This document shows, piece by piece, positions 20,683 to 30,464 of a stretch of 64,000 nt of DNA. The notes under the pieces are model-generated. The model was not told where the DNA came from. It worked only from the letters and a program-made list of their open reading frames with translations, and ran no database searches. Origin of the DNA: an uncultured Spirochaetota bacterium (GTDB lineage: Bacteria > Spirochaetota > Spirochaetia > SZUA-6 > Fen-1364); the NCBI GenBank assembly GCA_963745235.1, contig CAVUXE010000022.1, positions 32,001 through 96,000 on the forward strand. The letters run 5' to 3'. Position 1 is the stretch's first letter, and every line of letters begins with the position of its first letter. Made by a program: the position numbers and the translations under genes.

Positions 20683-22628
20683 GTGCGTCGTGAAAGCCGT
20701 ACCGTTCCAGCGGATGAAAGTTCCGCCCGGGTAAGCGTCGGAGCGCCCGGTAGCAGGGTCCAGTCAGAGGCCGAAATGTCTCTGACCGAGCGGACCGACA
20801 AAAGCCTCCAAGGAGGAAGCAACACAGCGGGCCGCAACGCGAGTGAACGCCGAGCAAGCCTCGTCAGAGTATCAGCCGAAAGGTGTTCAGGGTGGCCGAG
20901 CCGATCATGCCACGGCGAAGGCAACAGACAACGGACCGAATCCGAAGTGGACGTTGGACGCCCTCGGGGTATTGGCGGCGGCACGTTGTGACGGAATGGT
21001 AGGGAACACGAGAGGCCCTCCCTGGCGGCCCACGTCGGGCAAAGACCACGCGTATAAGGGGGAGACCGAAAGCGCGCGGAGTCAGGAGGGAGTCCGAGGG
21101 GTTCGTAGTACCTGAGAAGGCGGTGAGAAGCCGCTGGAGGGAAGGGACCCTGCTTTGAGTGTGCTGGGGCGTGGAGGTAAGCGCGAGGGCATGGTCGAAA
21201 GACCCAACAACCCCGAAGAAAAAGTGCGAGAACTCCAGCGACGGCTATGGACATGTGCCAAGCGGAGCAGGAGCCGACGTTTTCACGCGCTGTATGACCG
21301 GATCTGGCGGGGTGACGTCCTGCTGGAGGCGTGGAGACGGGTGAAGGCGAACGGAGGTGCCGCGGGGGTGGATGAGGTGTCCATCCGCGACATCGAAGAG
21401 CGAGGGGCGGGAGAGTATCTGAAGGAGATACAGAACGTCCTGAAGGCAGGCAGGTATCGACCGTCACCGGTGAGACGGCGATACATCCCCAAGGGGGACG
21501 GGAGGCAGAGGCCGCTGGGGATACCGACGGTGAGGGATCGCGTGGTGCAGATGGCAACCAAGCTGGTGATCGAACCCATATTTGAAGCCGACTTTCAACC
21601 GTGCAGTTGGGGGTTTCGACCGAGAAGGGGAGCGACGCAGGCAATGGAAGTCATTCGCGAGGCGGGCAACCGAGGGCATAACTGGGTGCTGGACGCCGAT
21701 ATTCGGGATTACTTCGGAAGCATCGACCATGGGAAGCTCATGGTGTTGGTGAAGGAGCGGATCTCGGACAGGCGAGTCCTGAAACTGATCGGTCAGTGGC
21801 TGGCGGCGGGCGTGATGGAAGATGGGACGGTGAGGGAAACGCTTGCGGGAACCCCGCAAGGCGGAGTGATCTCGCCGCTGTTGTCCAACATCTACCTTGG
21901 CTTTCTGGATCGCATCTGGGAGAGCAAGTGCAAACACCTTGGAATCCTGGTGCGTTACGCTGACGACTTCGTGGTGCTGTGCAAGAACAAGTCGCAGTGC
22001 AAGGAAGCCCTCAGGCGCGTAAAGATTGTGATGGAACGCCTGGGGCTGGAAATGCATCCCGAGAAAACGCGCGTAGTGAATCTGGCACTGGGTAAGGAGG
22101 GCTTTACGTTTCTTGGGTGGACGGTGCGCAAGTGCAGGAGCATTCAACGCAACCCACGCTGGCATTTCGTGCAGCGCTGGCCGTCGCCGAAGGCTATGAA
22201 GCGAATCCGATCCCGCGTGCATGAGATCACTGAGGCGCGAGGAAGGCAAGCGAAGGGCATAGGGGAGCTGATCGACAAGCTAAACCCGGTGCTTCGTGGA
22301 TGGGGCAACTACTTCCGAACGGGCAACGCGGACCGAGAGTTCAACCGAGTGGATGACTACGTGTACGGCCGTGTGCTCCAATGGCAGTGGCGACGGGGCG
22401 GACAGCGAACGCGCTTCCGTTTCGACCGATGGCCCCAGAAACGCCTGTACGAGATGGGCCTGCAGCGACTGAGGGGGACTACGCGATATCCCCAGGCAGC
22501 CACTCCGCGCAAGCACGGTCAGGAGAACTCATCGGTAAGCTGTGTGCCGGAAAACGGCACGCACAGTTTGAAAGGAGGTGCTGGGAACGGGTCGCTCTGA
22601 GCGATACCGCACCAGCTATCGACCAATG
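20683..22628 (+). mobile_element. Group II intron, full length, endonuclease-less IEP, inserted at a start codon
   Basis: 5' GTGCG at 20683; domain V AAGCTGTGTGCCGGAAAACGGCACGCACAGTTTG near 22537-22570; domain VI ending ACCAAT(G) at 22622-22628; encloses an RT ORF. The boundary is ambiguous by one base (20682-22627 gives the same spliced product). Confidence 0.92.
21191..22600 (+). CDS. ltrA: Group II intron reverse transcriptase/maturase
   Basis: RPLGIPTVRDRVVQ, DADIRDYFGSIDH, GTPQGGVISPLLSNIYL, RYADDF, LNPVLRGWGNYF (domain X); no HNH endonuclease domain. Confidence 0.97.
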   Translation: MVERPNNPEEKVRELQRRLWTCAKRSRSRRFHALYDRIWRGDVLLEAWRRVKANGGAAGVDEVSIRDIEERGAGEYLKEIQNVLKAGRYRPSPVRRRYIPKGDGRQRPLGIPTVRDRVVQMATKLVIEPIFEADFQPCSWGFRPRRGATQAMEVIREAGNRGHNWVLDADIRDYFGSIDHGKLMVLVKERISDRRVLKLIGQWLAAGVMEDGTVRETLAGTPQGGVISPLLSNIYLGFLDRIWESKCKHLGILVRYADDFVVLCKNKSQCKEALRRVKIVMERLGLEMHPEKTRVVNLALGKEGFTFLGWTVRKCRSIQRNPRWHFVQRWPSPKAMKRIRSRVHEITEARGRQAKGIGELIDKLNPVLRGWGNYFRTGNADREFNRVDDYVYGRVLQWQWRRGGQRTRFRFDRWPQKRLYEMGLQRLRGTTRYPQAATPRKHGQENSSVSCVPENGTHSLKGGAGNGSL

Positions 22629-23639
22629 AAAGCCCTCTTTATCGGCGGCACCGGCCTCATCAGCTCAGCGGTTTCCCGGCTGGCCGTGGAGCGCGGGGTG
22701 GAGCTCACGCTCCTCAACCGCGGCCAGAAGGGAGAGTTCTTCCCTCGCGGCGCCCGGCAGATCGTCGCTGATCACCGGGACCCCGAGGCCGTGCGGAAAG
22801 CGCTCCAGGGACAGACCTTCGACATCGTGGCGGACTGGATAGCTTTCACGCCGGAGCAGGCCGCCCGGGATGTCGAGCTTTTCTCCGGCCGCGCGGGACA
22901 GTTCATCTTCATCAGCTCCGCGAGCGTCTACCAGAAGCCGCCGTCCAACTACCTGATCACGGAATCCACGCCCCTTGCAAACCCGTACTGGCAGTACAGC
23001 CGGGACAAGATCGCGTGCGAGGACCTGCTGATGCAGGAGCACCGCGCGAGCGGGTTCCCGCTGACCATCGTCCGTCCGAGCCACACCTACGGCGTCACCC
23101 AGATCCCCGCCGCCGTGAGCAGCTGGGGCCACCCCTGGACCCTCGTTGACCGCATGAGGCGCGGGCGGAAGGTCGTCGTGCCGGGAGACGGGACCTCCCT
23201 ATGGACGTTGACGCACAATTCAGACTTCGCGAAGGGATTCGTCGGGCTGATGGGGAACATCAGGGCCATTGGCCACGCCTTCCATATCACCTCCGACGAA
23301 GTCCTGACCTGGAACCAGGTCTACCGCCTCATTGGCGCGGCAGCAGGGGCGCAGCCGGACATCGTTCACCTCAGCTCGGATTTCATCGGGGCGTTCGACG
23401 CCGAACAGGCGGCGGGCCTCATCGGGGACAAGGCCAATTGCGGGGTGTTCGACAACGCGAAGATCCGCGCCTTTGTGCCCGGTTACGTTGCCACGGTCCC
23501 GTTTTCCGAAGGTATTCGGGAGACGGTGCAGTGGCTCGAAAAGCATCCTGAACGCTGCACCATCGACGAGGCCTTCAACGCCGTCTGTGACCGCATGATC
23601 CGGGCGAACGAAGCGGCGCTCAGGGCAGCCGGGAGCTGA
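22626..23639 (+). CDS. NAD-dependent epimerase/dehydratase (SDR); intron host gene
   Basis: MKALFIGGTGLIS, FISSASVY, YSRDK (YxxxK), VRPSHTYG. Confidence 0.92.
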   Translation: MKALFIGGTGLISSAVSRLAVERGVELTLLNRGQKGEFFPRGARQIVADHRDPEAVRKALQGQTFDIVADWIAFTPEQAARDVELFSGRAGQFIFISSASVYQKPPSNYLITESTPLANPYWQYSRDKIACEDLLMQEHRASGFPLTIVRPSHTYGVTQIPAAVSSWGHPWTLVDRMRRGRKVVVPGDGTSLWTLTHNSDFAKGFVGLMGNIRAIGHAFHITSDEVLTWNQVYRLIGAAAGAQPDIVHLSSDFIGAFDAEQAAGLIGDKANCGVFDNAKIRAFVPGYVATVPFSEGIRETVQWLEKHPERCTIDEAFNAVCDRMIRANEAALRAAGS

Positions 23640-23648
23640 GCGCCTTTC

Positions 23649-24820
23649 TCACCGGACCTCGGCGCCCCGGCGCGCGGCGGTCTCCTGGTTGACGTGAACC
23701 ACCTTTGCCGGCGGAAAGCCGTTGAAGTACGTCGCGGAGGCGTGGCTGTATGCGCCGATCATGTCGCTGTACACGAGATCCCCGCGGCGCAGCGACGGGA
23801 GATTCTCCGCCATGGAGATCACGTCCAGCGCGTCGCAGGTTGGACCGAACACCGCGCTTATCTGCGTCGGGCCGCTCGTGAATGCTTTCACGGGGTACTG
23901 GCAGTGGTCGAAGATGATGCCCGAGTAGGTGTGGTAGACCCCGTCGTTGATGTAGTAGCACTTCTTGCCGTCCCGAACGGCGGTCCCGATCACCTCCGAG
24001 ATGGCATACCCCGAGGAGGCAACGAGAAAACGGCCGGGCTCCGCGAGGACCTCGATATCCTTCGGAAAGAGCCGGTCCAGCTCGGAGTTGATGATGGCGG
24101 CAAGCTCGTGGAAGGGCTTGACCGTTTCGTTGTACGCGACGGGGAAGCCGCCGCCGATGTCGATGAGGTTCATGGCCGTATATCCGCGGTCCCGAGCCTC
24201 CTGGAAAACGTTCGCGCTGAGAGTCAGCGCCTGCACGTAGTTGCCGAAGTTGGTGGTCTGGCTGCCCACGTGGAAGCTGATGCCCTCAACGGTCAGCCCG
24301 GCGCGCTCGGCCTCCAGGATGAGATCCACCGCTTCCCCCGGGGAAGCGCCGAACTTTGATGACAGCTCCACCATTGCCCCCGTGTTCGGGACACGCAGCC
24401 GGAGGGCGAGCCCCGCATGGGGCGCAAACTCCTTGATCTTCTGGATCTCGTCCGCGTTGTCGAAGGTGACCAGCGGCTTGTATTGGTCCAGCTCCGCCAG
24501 GGTCTGCGGCGTCTTGGTCGGGTTGGCGTAGATGATCTTGTCCCAGATCCAGTCCTGCCGCTCCCTGGCAGGCATCTTTGCGATGTTGTCATAGACGATC
24601 ATGAACTCCGGCATGGATGCCACGTCGAAGCTTCCCCCTCCTGGAAAAGGGTGCGCACGATCTCCGGGTCAGGGTTCGCCTTGACGGCGAAATAGGCCTG
24701 GACGCGCGGCAGATGCTGCCGGAAAGTGCGATAGCTCGCGCGGATCTCGTCATGATCAACGACGAACAAGGGTGTCCCGTACTCGCGGGCGAGTCCCTGC
24801 AGGCGGTCCAGAGAGATCAA
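23649..24820 (-). CDS. Type III PLP-dependent ornithine (or lysine/ornithine) decarboxylase, frameshift near 24635
   Basis: YGTPLFV, YFAVKAN (PLP lysine), SKFGA, SFHVGSQ, DIGGGF, AEPGRF, GPTCDALD; TTG start after AGGAG is tentative. Confidence 0.88.
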
Positions 24821-24839
24821 GAAAAGGCTCCTGTTTTGA

Positions 24840-26297
24840 TCACTCACCCTCCCTGATGAGAAAGTTCCTGAATTGCCACGGGTCCGCGAGGTCGAAGTCC
24901 GGGTTGTTGTATCCCTCGAAAGTCCTGGGAATCTCCTGCAGAGGGGTCCAGTCCGACGGGGTGGAGATGAACCGCCCCAGATACGGACGGGCAATATCCA
25001 GGACGAAGTCATGGGGCAGGTCCTCCGGCACCATCACGCCCTTGCGGGGATTCTGGATCATCCAGCTCGCCGCCGCGACCACGGAAATAGCCACCTGCAT
25101 CGTGGTTGCGTTGTGGTGGGGCAGCAGCCGGCGCGACTCTTCGACGCTCAAGTCGCTTCCGATCCACCAGGAGGTGAACGGATGGCCCATGAGCAGCGCG
25201 CCCAGGGCGTCGCTCCCCGTCGTTACCTCGTCGGAGACGATCCGCTGCCGGGACTGCAGCGTGTAGTTGTTGCCGCGCAGCTCCGTCAACGAGGCAATTG
25301 CGCTGTCGCAGGGGCAGTAGGCGTAGTGGACGGTGGGACGATAGGCTGGCCTGCCATTTTCCGTAACAGTCAGCCGCTCCGAGAGGGTGAATGCCTCTCC
25401 ATGGCGAATGACCATGCCGTGGATTGGCCCCGAGGGGACCCAGGACCGCACCCAGGTATTGATGCCCATGCGGGCCAGGCAAATCTGGTTGCGCGGGCCC
25501 TCCGCATGCTGGAAGGCAAGCGGCGGGAGCCGCTTTTCGTGGGTGCCCCATCCCATTTCGGCGGTGGTGGTGCCTTCCTCGTGGAACCCCTCGACGCTCC
25601 ACGTGTTGACGAACTCATCCACCGCCTTCGGAACGCTCGAAAGCTGCGTGTCCCGCTCGCTGACGTGAATGACCTTGACGCCAAGCGACCGGGCGAGGTG
25701 GTTGAAGCTTCGGGACTCCAGGTGCTGCCGGAGGGCATCACCGGCCTTCCCGTTCACCTTGCCGTCGGACAGCGCGGCCTCCGCGATGTCGATGAGACCC
25801 TGCTTGGTGAAATGGCTGATCAGCCCCGGGTTGGCTCCATGCTCCAGCACGGCAGTCGGGCCCGGCTCCGCCCAGCGCGCAAGCCTCTCGCGGAGCTTCA
25901 TGTGACGCCAGTACAACGTCCTCTCCGTCGGGGGCGTGGCGCCGCTGACGGCATAGGGATCCCACACTTCCGTGGAGGTGTTGACGTACAGGACGCCGTG
26001 GTCGTGGCACCATTGCAGGATCTCACCCGCATCGATGTTCCATGCAAGGTCGACAACCAGGTCACCCTGCGAGACATGCTTCCCCAGGAGCGCGCCGAGG
26101 TTGTCCGGCGTCACCCGGCTCTGCACCACGGTTGCCCCCTTTGCGGTCCATTCCCGCAGGCGGGGGGCCCGATCCTCGAAGTCGATGACCGTGAGCTTCC
26201 CGGGAGCGGTGTCCAGGTGACGGAAGAGGATGGGGAGCGTGCATTCGGCAACGGCGCCATACCCGAGGAAAAGAATTCTGTTTGGGAAATGAGTCAT
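24840..26297 (-). CDS. hss: Homospermidine synthase
   Basis: LGYGAVA, HGANPGLISHF, HVSERDTQ, EFVNTWSVEGF, YRPTVHYAYCP, NATTMQV, DPWQF. Confidence 0.93.
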   Translation of the reverse strand: MTHFPNRILFLGYGAVAECTLPILFRHLDTAPGKLTVIDFEDRAPRLREWTAKGATVVQSRVTPDNLGALLGKHVSQGDLVVDLAWNIDAGEILQWCHDHGVLYVNTSTEVWDPYAVSGATPPTERTLYWRHMKLRERLARWAEPGPTAVLEHGANPGLISHFTKQGLIDIAEAALSDGKVNGKAGDALRQHLESRSFNHLARSLGVKVIHVSERDTQLSSVPKAVDEFVNTWSVEGFHEEGTTTAEMGWGTHEKRLPPLAFQHAEGPRNQICLARMGINTWVRSWVPSGPIHGMVIRHGEAFTLSERLTVTENGRPAYRPTVHYAYCPCDSAIASLTELRGNNYTLQSRQRIVSDEVTTGSDALGALLMGHPFTSWWIGSDLSVEESRRLLPHHNATTMQVAISVVAAASWMIQNPRKGVMVPEDLPHDFVLDIARPYLGRFISTPSDWTPLQEIPRTFEGYNNPDFDLADPWQFRNFLIREGE

Positions 26298-26354
26298 GAT
26301 ACGCGGCTGCCCCCTCTCCTGCGCTGCTCGTGTCTCACGGCTTATCAGTGACGC

Positions 26355-26383
26355 ACTATAGGAACATTCACGGGGCTTTGCAA
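26355..26383 (-). promoter_or_regulatory. Sigma70 promoter for hss and the decarboxylase
   Basis: TTGCAA-17 nt-TATAGT on the minus strand. Confidence 0.75.
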
Positions 26384-26425
26384 TAGGGAAGGAACTGTCT
26401 TCACAGGACCGGGCGCGACCCGCCG

Positions 26426-28873
26426 TCAGTACGTGTCGCGCAGGTGCATGACGGACAGCGCGCGCCTGAGCTTCTCCAGCGTGACGGCCTTGCGCGGCGT
26501 GAACTCAATGACCCGCGGCGCGGAGGGCAGGAGAACAAAACAGTTGTCGGAGAACTCTCCGGGGATGCCGCGAGCCGTGAGCGCAACATGGAATGCCGGC
26601 CTGTCAGCAGCAAGTCGGACGGAGAATCCGTCCTCCGTGGTCCCGAAGCAGTCCATCGTCACCTTTGCCCGCGCCAGATCGCAGCGCTTCGGCTCGGTCA
26701 GGAACAGCTCGCTTTCGACCTCGGTTGATCCCTGCACGAGGGAGACGTGCATGAACGCCTTCTCTGGAGCGGCGCCCAGGTCCGCCAGCCTGTGGCTCTT
26801 CACGAGCTTTGCGCTTCCCGCGGGCGCCCGGACGGTCTTCTCTTCCCGACGAATGACATTCCCTTGGAAGTCGAGGAGGGAAATGACGGCCATGCCGACC
26901 GCTTCCGTCGGAAGGTCGTTCGTAATCCAGGTCTCCACCGTTTCATGCAGCAGATGCGCGGAGACAAGCACGGGAGCGAAGAACCGCTTTGCCGCGTAGT
27001 GCAGGAGCTTCCAGGAGCCGTCGTATTCGATGGAAGACCACGAGCAGACGGGCCAGGTGTCGTTGAGCTGCCAGTACAGCGTGCCCATGCAGGTGGGCCG
27101 CATGCTCCGCCAGTACTCCACCGCGGTCCTGATGGCCACCGCCTGCTGCACCTGGCTGAGGTACACGAAACTTTCGAATCCTTCGGGCATCCGGAAATAG
27201 CGCGTGAACATCTCCGTGATGATCGAATTGCCCCGGGGATGACGCTGGTGATGCTCCATCACGGGGGAGGTGACGTTCAGGTCCCCGGGTGCCGCGTACG
27301 AGCGGATGGTGTCAATGGAGGGAAAGGACTGGTAGCCGAACTCGGAGCAGAATCGCGGAGTGACCTCGAGGAAGGCGCTGAAAGGCTTTCCCTCGTGCCA
27401 GACGCTCCAGAAGTGCATGTCGCCGCGCCTGTCATCGTGCCAGTTGTCCGAGTAGTCTCCCCGGCCCGCGGACGGGGAGCTGGGCCAGAAGGTCCGGGCG
27501 GGATCGCACTCGTCCACTGTCCGGCCGATGGCCCCCTCGTTGAGCCTGTCGTAGTCCACGAGGTAGCGGTCACGGTCCTGGCGCGACTCGGGAAACCACG
27601 TGAGGGCGCCGACGTCCTCGTTGTTCCCGCACCACAGGGCGATGCAGGGATGGTCGCGGAGGCGCTTCACCTGGTGGCGGATCTCCCCTTCCACGCTCGC
27701 AAGGAACTCCCGGGTTGCCGGATACAGCGCGCAGGAGAACATCATGTCCTGCCAGATGAGGATCCCTTTCTCGTCGCACAGGGAATAGAAGTCGTCGCTC
27801 TCGTACTTCCCGCCTCCCCAGACGCGGAGCATGTTCATGTGGGCGGCCGCGGCGCTGGAGAGCAGGTGCTCCAGCCGGTCGCGAGACTCGCGCTGGGGCA
27901 GGGCATCCTGGGGGATCCAGTTTGCGCCCTTGCAGAAGATGTCCACGCCGTTCACGCGGAAGGTCATGGAGAGCCCCTGGGCGTCCTCCCGGTTGACGAG
28001 TCGGAGGCTCCGAAGGCCGATGCGCTTCCAGACGGAATCGCCGCCCAGGCGGACCGACAGCTCGTAGAGGGATTGCGGCCCGTAGCCGTTGGGCCACCAC
28101 AAGGCCGGATTTTCGAGGGTGATGTCCAGGCTCGGGCTGTTGGAACCCCGGCTCAGCATCACCTTTCGGGAGGCTCTTTTCTCCCCGAGGGCCACCTCCA
28201 GCGTGTATGGACCTTCCCGTGCCGCGGTGCATTCAGCGAAGACCCGGACCGTGCATTTCCCTTTGCCGTGCTTCTGTTCGGTCGCGACGTAGTCTATCCT
28301 CACGTCGGAGAATGCCCCCAGGGAAATCTCACCCGCGATGCCGGCAACCATGAGGCAGGGCCCCCAATCCCACCCGCTGTGGCACTGGACCTTTCGGACA
28401 AGGTTCCGGTTCGGTGACTGCACGGGGTTTCTGACGTGGGGGACGGGGTAGGGGAGGCGCGCGGCCCGCTCGGTTGCCGTTCTCTCCGACGAGGCGAAGG
28501 GGACCCTGATGGTGTTCGCGCCGCTGCGGAGAAACGGCTTCGCATCGAAACAGAGCCGGGTGAACATGTTGTCAGAGCTGCCGATTTTCTTCCCGTTCAG
28601 GAAAACCTCGGCCACCGTGTCCAGGGAATCACAGGACAGGAAGACCTGGTCTTCCAACAGGAACGCGACGTCCACCTGGAATGACCTCTCGTAGGACCAG
28701 TCCTCCCGGCCGACCCACTGCACGGAAAGCTCGTTCATCCCGACGTAGGGGTCCGGAATCCTGCCGGCAGCCAGGAGCGCGGAGTGCGTGTCCCCCGGGA
28801 CGAGCGCCGGCACTCCTTCCTTCGTTCCAGCTCTCAGGAGCTGCCATTCTCCCGCCAGGTCGATTCTTCTCAA
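26426..28873 (-). CDS. GH2 beta-mannosidase
   Basis: GWDWGP, WWPNGYG, KGANWIP, MLRVWGGG, WCGNNE, RFCSEFGYQSFP, YWQLND. Confidence 0.93.
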   Translation of the reverse strand: MRRIDLAGEWQLLRAGTKEGVPALVPGDTHSALLAAGRIPDPYVGMNELSVQWVGREDWSYERSFQVDVAFLLEDQVFLSCDSLDTVAEVFLNGKKIGSSDNMFTRLCFDAKPFLRSGANTIRVPFASSERTATERAARLPYPVPHVRNPVQSPNRNLVRKVQCHSGWDWGPCLMVAGIAGEISLGAFSDVRIDYVATEQKHGKGKCTVRVFAECTAAREGPYTLEVALGEKRASRKVMLSRGSNSPSLDITLENPALWWPNGYGPQSLYELSVRLGGDSVWKRIGLRSLRLVNREDAQGLSMTFRVNGVDIFCKGANWIPQDALPQRESRDRLEHLLSSAAAAHMNMLRVWGGGKYESDDFYSLCDEKGILIWQDMMFSCALYPATREFLASVEGEIRHQVKRLRDHPCIALWCGNNEDVGALTWFPESRQDRDRYLVDYDRLNEGAIGRTVDECDPARTFWPSSPSAGRGDYSDNWHDDRRGDMHFWSVWHEGKPFSAFLEVTPRFCSEFGYQSFPSIDTIRSYAAPGDLNVTSPVMEHHQRHPRGNSIITEMFTRYFRMPEGFESFVYLSQVQQAVAIRTAVEYWRSMRPTCMGTLYWQLNDTWPVCSWSSIEYDGSWKLLHYAAKRFFAPVLVSAHLLHETVETWITNDLPTEAVGMAVISLLDFQGNVIRREEKTVRAPAGSAKLVKSHRLADLGAAPEKAFMHVSLVQGSTEVESELFLTEPKRCDLARAKVTMDCFGTTEDGFSVRLAADRPAFHVALTARGIPGEFSDNCFVLLPSAPRVIEFTPRKAVTLEKLRRALSVMHLRDTY

Positions 28874-29532
28874 TGGCCATGTCCCCGCGCGGCCGCCCAG
28901 CGCAGTCCCCGCGCAAGAACATCGCGGTAGCCCGAATGGGAAAGCACTTCTTCCCTGTGCCCGGGGGTGAAGCAGAAGACCCTGCCTCTGCCTGCCGTGT
29001 GGGCCCAGGCGGCCGCCGAGCTGCCATAGTCCGGCGAAAAGGATTCCAGGAGCACGGTGGTCTCCGCGGAGTCGATTCGCACGAAATACATTTCATCACG
29101 GATGGAAAACTCTTCGACGTCCCGCGATGATCTCGTGACGCGCAGGGGCGAGGCGCAGCCTGAACTCGGGATGCTCCACGGGATGGTTGATGAAGCTTCC
29201 ATGGATTGTGCGGCCGTAGTCCCCGTCGTGACCATACGAGGCAAGCCCGGCGTGAAGCGCCACCAGCGCCCCGCCGGAATGAACGAAGGACGCGAGAGCC
29301 TTCTGGTGATCATCCGTGAACCAGACCTTCGGGTCCGGGGGCGAATCCTGCCCTCTCGCGCCATGACGATCGCGTTCCACCGCGAGATCTCCTTCCAGGG
29401 CACTCCACGCGGGTCCGTGAAGACATCCATGGTGGCGTCCAAGTCTCGAATCACCGTTTCGAGGGCCCGACGCTGGGCATCCGGCGTGTGATAGAAGTCC
29501 CCCAGGAGCGAGAGAATTTGAATCTCCGGCAC
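28870..29532 (-). CDS. ThuA-like (class I GATase-fold) protein with two compensating frameshifts near 29340 and 29120
   Basis: LLGDFYH N-terminus and GRGRVFCFTPGH C-terminus share one frame; the protein-like middle (LASFVHSGGALVALHAG...GSFINHP) is in another frame. Confidence 0.8.
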   Translation of the reverse strand: MPEIQILSLLGDFYHTPDAQRRALETVIRDLDATMDVFTDPRGVPWKEISRWNAIVMAREGRIRPRTRRSGSRMITRRLSRPSFIPAGRWWRFTPGLPRMVTTGTTAAQSMEASSTIPWSIPSSGCASPLRVTRSSRDVEEFSIRDEMYFVRIDSAETTVLLESFSPDYGSSAAAWAHTAGRGRVFCFTPGHREEVLSHSGYRDVLARGLRWAAARGHGH

Positions 29533-29544
29533 CCTGCCCGCTCC

Positions 29545-30315
29545 CTATGATTCCTGCGACCGCGCCAGGTAGTCCCAGCTTGCGCGAAGTGATTCCAGGG
29601 GATCCCCGGTTGTCCAGTGGTCGTCCTGCTCCACGATCAGCCACCGGCAGCCGACTTTCCAGGCAGCCGAGAGGATCCCGTCCCAGTCGAGGTTCCCCGC
29701 CCCGATCTCCTTGAACTTCGGCTTGCCCTCCGGGTCCACGCCATAGTCCTTGATGTGGAGCAGCTCTTCTCTTTGCGCGCAGCTCTCGATCCATCGCGCC
29801 GGGTCGACGCCGCCCGCCTGGAGCCAGTACGTGTCCAGCTCCACCTGCAGGAGCTTCGGATCCGTCCGCTCGAGGATCGTCTGCAGGATGGTCTTGCCGC
29901 CCAGTTTCTGCAGCTCGAGGTTGTGATTGTGGTAGGAGAAGATGATCCCCTCCGCCGCGAAGACCGCGCCGGCGCTCGACAGGAGGCTGCACAGGCGCGC
30001 GACTCCCTCGGGGCTCGAGAGATCCTGGTTCCGCGGGTAGGGATAGACGGCAGAGGCGCAGCCGAGGGTATGGAGGGTTGCTGCCACCGCGCCCGGGTCC
30101 CGCAGGATCAGCTCCGCGTCCGCGTGCGCGGCGCATGCCGCAATCCCAGTGTCATCCAGGATGCGCCTCACGTCGGCCGGGGGGATGGCCGCGAGGCCGG
30201 CAAGCTCCACGGCGTTGTAGCCGATCGAGCGCAGGGCCATGAGGGTGGAGGCAAGACCGCGCGCGTCCCCGCAGAGGGAGCGGACCGTCCAGAGCTGGGC
30301 TGCAAAGTTTTCCAT
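29545..30315 (-). CDS. Sugar phosphate isomerase/epimerase (xylose-isomerase-like TIM barrel)
   Basis: QLWTVR, YHNHNLE, ELDTYW, HIKD, EIGAGNLDW, IVEQD. Confidence 0.92.
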   Translation of the reverse strand: MENFAAQLWTVRSLCGDARGLASTLMALRSIGYNAVELAGLAAIPPADVRRILDDTGIAACAAHADAELILRDPGAVAATLHTLGCASAVYPYPRNQDLSSPEGVARLCSLLSSAGAVFAAEGIIFSYHNHNLELQKLGGKTILQTILERTDPKLLQVELDTYWLQAGGVDPARWIESCAQREELLHIKDYGVDPEGKPKFKEIGAGNLDWDGILSAAWKVGCRWLIVEQDDHWTTGDPLESLRASWDYLARSQES

Positions 30316-30464
30316 AGCAGCACGGTAATGTCATTTTCCCGAACGGGTCAAGGTTGCGGATACAGGCCTGCAGAGAGCGACTTGCCGGCCCGAGGCACGG
30401 GCCGCCATTTTGTTGACCGGGCTTCGCGAGTGCTGTACCGTGCAGTGCAGGGGGAGGATCGAAG

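Noticed and set aside
21191-22600. Retron, DGR or defence-associated RT
   Set aside because: Domain X, YADD and flanking intron domains V and VI identify a group II intron IEP.
22578-22625. N-terminal extension of the epimerase in the ORF track (MLGTGRSERYRTSYRP)
   Set aside because: It is intron domain VI sequence; family similarity starts at MKALFIGGTG.
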